Below, one piece after another: positions 29,220 to 35,638 of a stretch of DNA of 64,000 bases (position 1 is the stretch's first letter; each line of letters opens with the position of its first letter). Under the pieces are notes generated by a model. The model was given only the letters and a program-made list of their open reading frames with translations, searched no databases and was not told the DNA's origin. Source of the DNA: Candidatus Saccharimonadota bacterium. GTDB taxonomy: Bacteria; Patescibacteriota; Saccharimonadia; Saccharimonadales; DTSZ01. The stretch lies in assembly GCA_012965045.1 (NCBI GenBank), contig DTSZ01000001.1:284937-348936 (forward strand). Reading direction: 5' to 3'. The position numbers were made by a program, and so were the translations under genes.

Positions 29220-29644
29220 CCACCATTTTGAGTGATCAAAACGGTGGAGCCAAAAGATCACCCTGTTCACGTCTCTTGATATACTCACTGCTTGTTTAAC
29301 AACAGCCTGCGGAATGGCTAAAGCCAGTCTGAAAGTTATCTATAAGAGTTTCAGACACGTCCTCGGCTTAATTGTTGTTAAGCCAAGCATTCCTATTCAG
29401 GATCTGTTCAAAAGGGATTGGCGAGCTTCGCTCGCTGGGTCTGGGCTTAAAAGACAGTTTTCCTGATTAGATGTTGTGATTCAAATTGTGTGAACCTTAC
29501 CGAGTGAGGTGTGCTTCATTAAAGAGCTGGGAGCTCTTTAATAGAATGCACTCTGAACGAGAACAATTTTAATTACTAACAGAAAATAAAGAAAAGTGGC
29601 TCCGCCCAGCAGTTTTGTGTTCCGTTTGTCTGTACAAATGGAAC
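29220..29644. ncRNA. Candidate structured RNA of unknown class (strand unresolved)
   Basis: 549-bp ORF-free gap packed with perfect hairpins (29328-29355, 29365-29384, 29421-29435, 29519-29541). Also holds a 12-bp hairpin at 29220-29247, an 11-bp hairpin at 29619-29644, and a 9-bp long-range pairing of 29243-29251 with 29598-29606. Confidence 0.3.
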
Positions 29645-29686
29645 ATTGGTTTGGTGAGCGGTAGCTTACCCTGAACCTATCTTAAA

Positions 29687-30001
29687 TTAGAAATTAAGAT
29701 CATCTTGATTCAACTTACTAAGTATCAATTTGTACCCACCACTGCCAGTTTTTAGTTTTTTGCTAACTTCGGCTACCGTTGCCGCACTGCAACCAGTTTC
29801 TTTTTGAATATCTAAATAGTTAACTTTATTGAGCAATAGTTTAGCAATATAAATTCTATTAGAAAGTTCGGAAATTTCTTTTGTGGTTAGCAAGTCTGCC
29901 AAAATAATTTTAGCTTGAGCCAGGTTTTCTGCTGCGGCTATCGCACTAAGCAGCGTTGCGGTTTTAGGATCATCCCAAACACTTGGGTCGAATACATTCA
30001 T
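29687..30001 (-). CDS. TrpR-like / YerC-YecD family DNA-binding protein
   Basis: 104 aa. The pattern LLT.KE...L..R..IA..LL.........I..ETG.S.ATV is typical of YerC/TrpR-like proteins. Confidence 0.75.
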   Translation of the reverse strand: MNVFDPSVWDDPKTATLLSAIAAAENLAQAKIILADLLTTKEISELSNRIYIAKLLLNKVNYLDIQKETGCSAATVAEVSKKLKTGSGGYKLILSKLNQDDLNF

Positions 30002-30030
30002 TCCATTACTTTACCAAACTAAAGTTAAAG

Positions 30031-30420
30031 TCATGCAACTATTGCTGCTAAGGCGGTAATAACAGCAGCCGTAATGGTTGCACACAGCATAAGTAAGTAA
30101 GATTTTTTTCTATCTTTATATTTGGCTTCGTCGCTAACGGTCGTCAATAAAGGGCTGTGGTGGTTATCGGCATTTTGTTTACCGCGAACACCAAATCGGA
30201 CGCAAAATCGGTTTGTTGCTTGCAGATACCCTATGACCGCAAGCCAAACCGAAGGAAAAAGTGCTACGTAAAACCACGTTTCTGCGTCTACTAATACTAG
30301 GAACGCAAAAACTATTAAACTAAACATAGAGGCCAATATCGCAGACTCCCTGCGTACTCTGGCCTCTTTTGGGTTAATATTAACTCTACCCGGCTGGTAT
30401 TGCTGGCATTCGTTTGTCAT
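30031..30420 (-). CDS. Hypothetical membrane protein (129 aa, 3-4 TM)
   Basis: Hydrophobic segments ILASMFSLIVFAFLVLV, FYVALFPSVWLAVIGYL and LLMLCATITAAVITALAAIVA. Confidence 0.6.
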   Translation of the reverse strand: MTNECQQYQPGRVNINPKEARVRRESAILASMFSLIVFAFLVLVDAETWFYVALFPSVWLAVIGYLQATNRFCVRFGVRGKQNADNHHSPLLTTVSDEAKYKDRKKSYLLMLCATITAAVITALAAIVA

Positions 30421-30479
30421 AAATCGTTATCTAATTTTCTCAAGTGTACTGCAAACATTGTGTATAAATATAAAACATA

Positions 30480-30803
30480 TTGACTTAGTTGTTCGAAAAA
30501 TAATACTATAAGCATGACCAATGTGAGGGTCACTTGTCATACTTTTCACTAAGTAGGCACGTACATTTCCATCATTCAGGAGCTATTCGAGACTCTATGC
30601 CCATAGACTTGAGTAGACTTTTACCTCGATAAGGAATTCTTGTTTGCTTAGACGAAAGAGGTAATAGTAATGAGTGGCAGCGTTAGCGGAACGCCGCTCA
30701 AGCATGATTAGCCTGTACAGCCGATCGCGTTTGTACGTTACTACTGAATAATTAAGCTAAAAACAGCCCTTGTTCTTCCGCGGAACGGGGGCGTTTTTAT
30801 TTT
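30480..30803 (+). ncRNA. Orphan plus-strand transcription unit (promoter to terminator, about 290 nt) containing a 13-codon SD-led micro-ORF
   Basis: TTGACT (30480-30485), 18 nt, TACTAT (30504-30509). Intrinsic terminator at 30766-30803. No ORF of 60 aa or more. AAAGAGG is followed 8 nt later by ATG at 30670, encoding MSGSVSGTPLKHD with its stop codon ending at 30711. Confidence 0.35.
30766..30803 (+). terminator. Intrinsic terminator (probably bidirectional)
   Basis: GCCCTTGTTC-ttccgcg-GAACGGGGGC followed by GTTTTTATTTT. The two G.U pairs exist only on the plus strand. It also sits just past the stop of the minus-strand gene 30797-31519. Confidence 0.6.
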
Positions 30804-31519
30804 GAAATCTTAACTAAGAAATTGTCTGACTCAGTCTGCGCCGCCATGATTGAGGCTATTAAATGATCGCTTTGCACCCACCTACGCTGTTCTTGATTTA
30901 CTGGCGGATCGGGATCAATGATAAGAAAATCTCCGTCTTTATAGCCAGTACAAGTAACCCCGTGGGTTAATGACCTTCCGCGTATTGGATCCGGCTGAAA
31001 TTTATCGGTTTCTTGATCGTAGAGTTGTTTGGATTCTTGATTCAAGTAGGTAGAGTTTAGAGTTACAAAAATGGGTGAATCTACAAGAAGACTATGGAGT
31101 AGTTTTGTGTTTAAATTCTGAAATTCGAACGAACCACCCTTGGCTACGTAGAGCTCCCAGCCATCGACCAAAACTTTATGGTATCTGCTCAACCATGAAT
31201 TTTCTGGTATGTGTCTTTGCCGTAGTTTTAAATTTTCAACTACCTCCTTAGCTGACAAACTACCCCACGATCTGTCGAAAAGTTCAGTATCGAAAATATA
31301 AGAAATTGTTCCGTAACCTTGTGCTGGAAAATAGGCAGCTAAGTGACCAGGCGATGTGCCTATTTTCTCACCGTTTTCTTCATAAACTGGTACTTCTTTA
31401 ATAACTTGATCTACTGTAATCTTTGGGTCGAAAAAAGATAATAATTGAGCAGCTGCTGTTTGCATACATTGTGCTGTATCTTGATGAATAGAGACTACTC
31501 TATGTTCTATAGCTTGCAT
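30797..31519 (-). CDS. Peptidase C39-like (papain-fold cysteine peptidase) family protein
   Basis: 240 aa. N-terminal Q...C pattern (HQDTAQCMQTAAAQLLSFF) and later THGVTCTGY...IIDPD match the Gln/Cys...His/Asp layout of C39-like domains. Confidence 0.7.
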   Translation of the reverse strand: MQAIEHRVVSIHQDTAQCMQTAAAQLLSFFDPKITVDQVIKEVPVYEENGEKIGTSPGHLAAYFPAQGYGTISYIFDTELFDRSWGSLSAKEVVENLKLRQRHIPENSWLSRYHKVLVDGWELYVAKGGSFEFQNLNTKLLHSLLVDSPIFVTLNSTYLNQESKQLYDQETDKFQPDPIRGRSLTHGVTCTGYKDGDFLIIDPDPPVNQEQRRWVQSDHLIASIMAAQTESDNFLVKISK

Positions 31520-31527
31520 GATTTTAT

Positions 31528-31535
31528 ATTATACA
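31528..31535 (-). promoter_or_regulatory. Extended -10 promoter TGTATAAT, 8 nt upstream of the C39-like gene ATG (leaderless candidate)
   Basis: Minus strand reads TGTATAAT-ataaaatc-ATG. Confidence 0.45.
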
Positions 31536-31564
31536 GACTACCATCCATACAGCAGTACTTACTT

Positions 31565-31776
31565 TGCTATATTAATGATTTCTAGTGGGCGAGCCTGCCT
31601 GCCGGTAGGCAGGAAAGGACCGTATTATTGTTTTGCTACTCGGCAACATTTGCTTCGCAAATGCTCGTTGGCCAAGCAAAGAAAATGTACCGGTACCATC
31701 AGGTACTGGTACGCCTCTCGGTTCAAGTCCTGACTCAGAATTAAAAAATGAACCTCATGAAGAAGCTCATTTTTTA
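31565..31776 (+). other. tRNA-fragment-containing structured segment A (possible plus-strand small RNA)
   Basis: Extended -10 TGCTATATT (31565-31573). Then GTGGGCGAG (the tRNA-Leu 5' end motif), three hairpins (31594-31613, 31646-31662, 31687-31712, the last with a G.U only on plus), GGTTCAAGTCC (a T-loop-like string), and an A-run/T-run hairpin at 31743-31776. Confidence 0.25.
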
Positions 31777-31893
31777 TGGTGGGCGAGATAGGACTTGGTC
31801 ACGTTCCGCGACCCCGAAAAAACATCTTTGGAAGCATAGCCTCCAAAGAGTTTATTTCCTTGCGCCATGCTGCCAGCATGGCTCACCTTCACG
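31777..31893 (-). repeat. tRNA-Leu-derived module B (T-arm/acceptor 3' end with CCA, interrupted by an ~89-nt structured insertion)
   Basis: Minus strand reads CGTGAAGGTGA, then the 19-nt hairpin at 31864-31882, GCAAGGAAA, a second hairpin, and TTTCGGGGTCGCGGAACGTGACCAAGTCC. It ends in TATCTCGCCCACCA. The last 22 nt match the tRNA-Leu 3' end at 21/22 positions. Confidence 0.5.
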
Positions 31894-31920
31894 AAGGTTC
31901 AAGACATACTTATCCTCACC

Positions 31921-31951
31921 AAATTAAAAAAGACCCATTTGGGTCATCTTT
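31921..31951 (-). terminator. Intrinsic terminator downstream of tRNA-Leu
   Basis: Minus strand reads GACCC-AAAT-GGGTC followed by TTTTTTAATTT, immediately after the tRNA CCA end. Confidence 0.6.
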
Positions 31952-31955
31952 AATT

Positions 31956-32040
31956 TGGTGGGCGAGAAAGGACTTGAACCTTCACGCCTTGCGGCACTAG
32001 TTCCTAAGACTAGCGTGTCTACCAATTCCACCACTCGCCC
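31956..32040 (-). tRNA. tRNA-Leu (anticodon UAG), type II with long variable arm, CCA encoded
   Basis: Hand-folded from GGGCGAG-TG-GTGGAATTGGTAGACAC-G-CTAGT-CTTAGGA-ACTAG-TGCCGCAAGGCGT-GAAGG-TTCAAGT-CCTTT-CTCGCCC-A-CCA. All four stems pair and the anticodon loop is CU-UAG-GA. Confidence 0.93.
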
Positions 32041-32079
32041 ACGATATAAATTTTTAAAGGTTCAAGAATAAATTATAAC

Positions 32080-32239
32080 GGACTTGGTCACCTTCGGCGA
32101 CCCCGAAACTTCGCGATTAAAAACTAGTTTTTATCGGAAGGTTTCCTTGCAAAGTGCCACTGGCACTTTTCACCTTCACGCTTGCGAGTAACAAATTCTA
32201 AAAGCTTGTACGTCAGCCAACTCCACTACTCGCCTACGC
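32080..32239 (-). repeat. tRNA-Leu-like module D (pseudo-tRNA 5' portion plus the same structured insertion, ~87 nt here), transcribed as a leader of tRNA-Leu
   Basis: Minus strand reads AGGCGAGTAGTGGAGTTGGCTGAC...GCGTGAAGG (a paralog of the tRNA-Leu 5' two-thirds). It continues with TGA, the hairpin at 32151-32169, GCAAGGAAA, a second hairpin, and TTTCGGGGTCGCCGAAGGTGACCAAGTCC. It lacks a 3' acceptor strand. Confidence 0.5.
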
Positions 32240-32246
32240 TCGCAAT

Positions 32247-32255
32247 ATATTATCA
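32247..32255 (-). promoter_or_regulatory. Extended -10 promoter TGATAATAT driving module D and tRNA-Leu
   Basis: Minus strand reads TGATAATAT, 7-11 nt upstream of the pseudo-tRNA 5' end. It lies just downstream of the rsmD stop codon (32260-32262). Confidence 0.4.
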
Positions 32256-32259
32256 GTTT

Positions 32260-32781
32260 TTAGTTTTTGAAAAAACTCAAAGTTGCATTGCCAAAGCGAT
32301 TTGATGAATCCTTTTTTAGTCCTTTTATTTTTAACTTGTCTTCCGTGCCATGAGAAAGCACAAACAAACCACCACCCTTCAAGTATTTAGCAAGCGTATT
32401 AAGCTGTTTTTCTGATATATGGTCATAGGGCGGGTCTGCAATAATTAAATCGAATTCTATGTGTTGTTGCTTTACCCAAATTGAACAGTTTGCACGAGAA
32501 ACTTCTACGGTTTCTTCAAGATCTAATTTGTCTCTGTTGTCCTTGAGCGTCTTAAAAACCTTCGGATCTCTTTCGATAGCATAAATTTTATGAGCACCGC
32601 GACTAGCTGCTTCAAATGATACCGCGCCGCTACCTGCATAGGCATCTAGCACAGTTAAGCCAGATACGTTCCCGAGTGAATTAAAAAGAGCGTTTCTGAT
32701 TTGTTGGCTCATAGGATGTGTTTTATAACTTGCCGGAGCATCAAAAAGTCTGCCGCCCAAATAGCCCCCGGCGATTCTCAT
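32260..32781 (-). CDS. rsmD: 16S rRNA (guanine966-N2)-methyltransferase RsmD family
   Basis: VLDAYAGSGAVSFEAASRGA (SAM-binding) and IIADPPYD motifs. The ATG at 32781 (MRIAGG...) forms an ATGA overlap with the upstream stop. Confidence 0.88.
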   Translation of the reverse strand: MRIAGGYLGGRLFDAPASYKTHPMSQQIRNALFNSLGNVSGLTVLDAYAGSGAVSFEAASRGAHKIYAIERDPKVFKTLKDNRDKLDLEETVEVSRANCSIWVKQQHIEFDLIIADPPYDHISEKQLNTLAKYLKGGGLFVLSHGTEDKLKIKGLKKDSSNRFGNATLSFFKN

Positions 32782-33620
32782 GCTGGTTCCTTTGATTTTT
32801 CTATCGCTGTTAGCCAAGCTAAAGCAACTGCTCGCGTAATTGCTGGCGCTAAATGATGACGAACTTTCTTATGTAAAGTTCGACTCCAGCCATGGTCGAT
32901 AAACGCTCCGTACATATTTAATCGAGCTATTTGCTGTGCATACATTCTGAAAAACTTGGCATAACCCTGTTTATGGGCGACTTCTAGCTCAACATCACTT
33001 GGCGACCCTCCGCGAATACGATGAGTAATTAAGGCAGCCGTAATGTTCATTTCGAACATTAAATGGGTTGTTAGTACCCCGCGAGCACCAATGACCAACC
33101 AGTTGCGCCATAAGGTGTCACGCATCCCAGAACCCTTAATAAACATTTTTTTCTTTTTCGAATTACGGGTTTCTTTACCCTCGCCGCGGATTTGTTCTAA
33201 TTCTTCTTCGTAGGGGTAGTGGTGAGCCGGCGTTAAGCCGTCTACTACAGCGTGGGCAAGCCAGCTGGCTTCAAACGCAGCTTTTTCTTCGTCGCGCTTT
33301 CTTAAAGCTATAGCTAGATTTTCTATGTGATTTTCAATCAGTTCGATTAACTGGGTGTCGCTACCATTAAAAGGGTCTAGGTAATGCCACGGCTCGTTTT
33401 GACCGGGGGTTTTTGATTTTATCGAGTCTGGCCCAAATTCTCCCTCAAAATGCTGAATATTCTTTAACGTTGGAAATTTCGAAAATTCCTTAGCTGCTTC
33501 CACGCGGTTTAAGTGATGGTTAAAATGTTGTCGAAGCGCCCGATACGCCGACCGATTGAACTTTTGATGCGTCCCTAGCCAGGTTGCAGACCGCGTGCCT
33601 AAATAAAAACCTGCGTACAC
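32778..33620 (-). CDS. Hypothetical protein (280 aa; His/Asp-rich, possibly a metal-dependent hydrolase fold)
   Basis: WLAHAVVDGLTPAHH and other His clusters are vaguely like zinc phospholipase C / S1-P1 nuclease ligand patterns. Not a confident assignment. Confidence 0.6.
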   Translation of the reverse strand: MYAGFYLGTRSATWLGTHQKFNRSAYRALRQHFNHHLNRVEAAKEFSKFPTLKNIQHFEGEFGPDSIKSKTPGQNEPWHYLDPFNGSDTQLIELIENHIENLAIALRKRDEEKAAFEASWLAHAVVDGLTPAHHYPYEEELEQIRGEGKETRNSKKKKMFIKGSGMRDTLWRNWLVIGARGVLTTHLMFEMNITAALITHRIRGGSPSDVELEVAHKQGYAKFFRMYAQQIARLNMYGAFIDHGWSRTLHKKVRHHLAPAITRAVALAWLTAIEKSKEPA

Positions 33621-33634
33621 TGTTAATAATCCTC

Positions 33635-35638
33635 TTAATTTCGTTTAGCTCTATGTTGTATTCGATCCAGTCGGAATTGTAATAATTCGTAGTCTTTTAC
33701 AGTATAGCTTTCTGTAAATTTTTTTGCGAGACTACGAGCTTTAGAGATTAATTTTGTATTACTTAACACGCCTATATCTAGATCAATAAATCCAGACTGG
33801 CGCAATCCGTACAAATCACCGCTGCCACGCTGCTGCAAGTCTTGTTCGGCAAGGACAAAGCCGTTGGTTGTGCCCACAAACGACTTAAGCCTGTCAGCTG
33901 CTTGGCCAGTCTTTGTAGTTAGCGCAATAGCATACGCTTGCGTGCTGGCTCTACCAACACGACCCCGTAATTGATGCAATTGAGCAAGACCAAAGCGCTC
34001 AGCACCTTCAATCAACATTACGGTGGCATTTTTAATATTCACACCGACCTCTACAACCGTTGTGGCAACTAAAATGTCGACGTTCTTGGCTTTAAAATCA
34101 TCAATTATTGCGTCTTTGTCTTCCGTCGACAATTGACCATGCAAAGATGCAACGCTGTTGTTAGGAAACTGTTTTTTAATCTTAGCTACCTCTTGTTCGA
34201 CTGACGTAACACCAAGAACGTCAGATTCTGATATGAGCGGGCAGACCACATAAACTTGATGACCTTTTTGGAGCTCGTTTGACATTGTTGTGTACGCTTG
34301 CTTCCTGTATCGAGGCCCGCCAACAGTAGTTTTGACTGGCTTCCGTCCCGGCGGTAGTTCATCTAAAACCGATATGTCTAAATCTGCAAATACAGTCAAC
34401 GCCAGCGTCCGAGGAATTGGCGTTGCTGTCATGCTCAACACGTGCGGGACACTGCCGTCTTGCCTTGACAGCTGGGTGCGTTGCTTAACACCAAATCGAT
34501 GCTGCTCGTCCAGCACAACCAATGCAAGTTTCTTAAACGAGACATCTGGCTGTAGCAGTGCATGGGTGCCTACGACGATTCGCTGTGATCCGTCTGCCAA
34601 CTTGTTTTTGATCAGTGTTTTTTGCCGAACGCTCAACGATGAGCTGAGTAGTTTAGGCTTAAAATCACTCAATAATTCTTGGGCCGATTCTAAATGCTGT
34701 TTTGCAACTATTTCTGTTGGCGCGACAATTGCCACCTGATAGCCCGACTCCAACGCAGCATAAGCTGCAAATAATGCAACTACTGTTTTACCACTGCCAA
34801 CATCTCCTTGCAGCAGCCGGTTCATAGGTGACTCGGTTTTAATGTCAGTAATAATCTCCCACGCCGCCTTACGCTGGGCATCTGTCAATGTAAAACCAAT
34901 GGTGTCGGCGAACTGCTTCAACTTGATGTCCGCGATATCGCACCTATAGCTTTGTAGTTGTTTTAGCCTGTTTCGAAGCAAATAGCCGAGTAAAACTTGA
35001 TCATACAAATCTAAAAACTGCCACGAAGTAATTGCATTGGTTAGGCTTTCTTGATTGTTTGGAAAATGAATTTGCTCAAGCTGATGCATGGCATCAATGT
35101 TAAGCAATGCAGGCGGGGCGTAGGCTCCTGCATTAACGGTCTGCAGTGCGGCATGAATGAGTTTTCTAAGTTTTGGAGTTTTAAGACTAGCCGACTGTTT
35201 ATACACCGGAACAATCCGACCAGTATGCAGCTGCACATCGGACAGCAACTCAACTGCTGGATTTATAATCGAAAATTTATTACCTGATAATTTCAATTCA
35301 CCGCTTACTAAAACGTTGTTGTTGATTGGCAACGAGTCTTTGCGCCAACTCTGGTTAAACCACGTAATAGGAAATTCACCCGATTTGTCGGTGAACGTTG
35401 CTGTTGTTATGTGTAGTCCGCGACGTGCATAGCGAGCCTTAACAGAGGTAAATTGACCTTGCAACGACACTACTCCCGGTTTCATTGTTTTAATTGTGGT
35501 TAGATTCGAAAAGTCTTTGTAGTCTCTGGGGATATAAAACAGCAAGTCACCGATGGTGACGATACCAAGTTTTTTTAACGCTTTAGCTGTTGCCTCGCCG
35601 ACGCCAGACAGCTCGCTAACTGCAGTGTGTAACTTCAT
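33635..35638 (-). CDS. recG: ATP-dependent DNA helicase RecG
   Basis: 667 aa with a wedge domain plus helicase motifs GDVGSGKT, DEQHRFG and QLRGRVGR. Confidence 0.95.
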   Translation of the reverse strand: MKLHTAVSELSGVGEATAKALKKLGIVTIGDLLFYIPRDYKDFSNLTTIKTMKPGVVSLQGQFTSVKARYARRGLHITTATFTDKSGEFPITWFNQSWRKDSLPINNNVLVSGELKLSGNKFSIINPAVELLSDVQLHTGRIVPVYKQSASLKTPKLRKLIHAALQTVNAGAYAPPALLNIDAMHQLEQIHFPNNQESLTNAITSWQFLDLYDQVLLGYLLRNRLKQLQSYRCDIADIKLKQFADTIGFTLTDAQRKAAWEIITDIKTESPMNRLLQGDVGSGKTVVALFAAYAALESGYQVAIVAPTEIVAKQHLESAQELLSDFKPKLLSSSLSVRQKTLIKNKLADGSQRIVVGTHALLQPDVSFKKLALVVLDEQHRFGVKQRTQLSRQDGSVPHVLSMTATPIPRTLALTVFADLDISVLDELPPGRKPVKTTVGGPRYRKQAYTTMSNELQKGHQVYVVCPLISESDVLGVTSVEQEVAKIKKQFPNNSVASLHGQLSTEDKDAIIDDFKAKNVDILVATTVVEVGVNIKNATVMLIEGAERFGLAQLHQLRGRVGRASTQAYAIALTTKTGQAADRLKSFVGTTNGFVLAEQDLQQRGSGDLYGLRQSGFIDLDIGVLSNTKLISKARSLAKKFTESYTVKDYELLQFRLDRIQHRAKRN

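Noticed and set aside
29138-29300. T-box riboswitch leader for hisS
   Set aside because: Only UGGUGGUA resembles the T-box core. The following CCGCG, a specifier loop with a His codon, and a convincing terminator or sequestrator are not evident. hisS also appears to have a -10 box 7 nt from its ATG. Kept as an open possibility in the findings, not called.
29243-29606. tmRNA (ssrA): on the minus strand, GGAGCCA...UGGCUCC-A-CC forms a perfect 7-bp acceptor-like stem followed by ACC
   Set aside because: There is no T-arm (GGTTCGAnTCC) before the 3' strand. Position 3:70 is A-U rather than the G.U needed for alanylation. I found no tag reading frame ending in ...AA-stop.
29220-29644. RNase P RNA, given the size (~360-420 nt) and closed 5'/3' helix
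   Set aside because: Neither strand contains the GAGGAAAGUCC (CR-I) block. The only GGCUUA (29365-29370) has no partner able to form P4.
31575-31970. CRISPR-like array suggested by three direct copies of GGTGGGCGAG spaced about 170-210 bp apart
   Set aside because: The repeats are only ~10 nt and derive from the tRNA-Leu acceptor end. The spacing is irregular and far larger than CRISPR spacers. No cas genes are present.
31518-32000. Plus-strand ORFs 31518-31733 (71 aa) and 31776-32000 (74 aa)
   Set aside because: They run through hairpin-rich, tRNA-derived sequence and across the tRNA-Leu gene. They have no SD and low-complexity composition, so they are most likely spurious.
31777-32239. 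Group I intron inside tRNA-Leu copies
   Set aside because: The insertions are only ~87-89 nt, and group I cores need about 200 nt or more. They sit in the T-loop rather than the anticodon loop. The flanking exons would not reconstitute a foldable T-arm.
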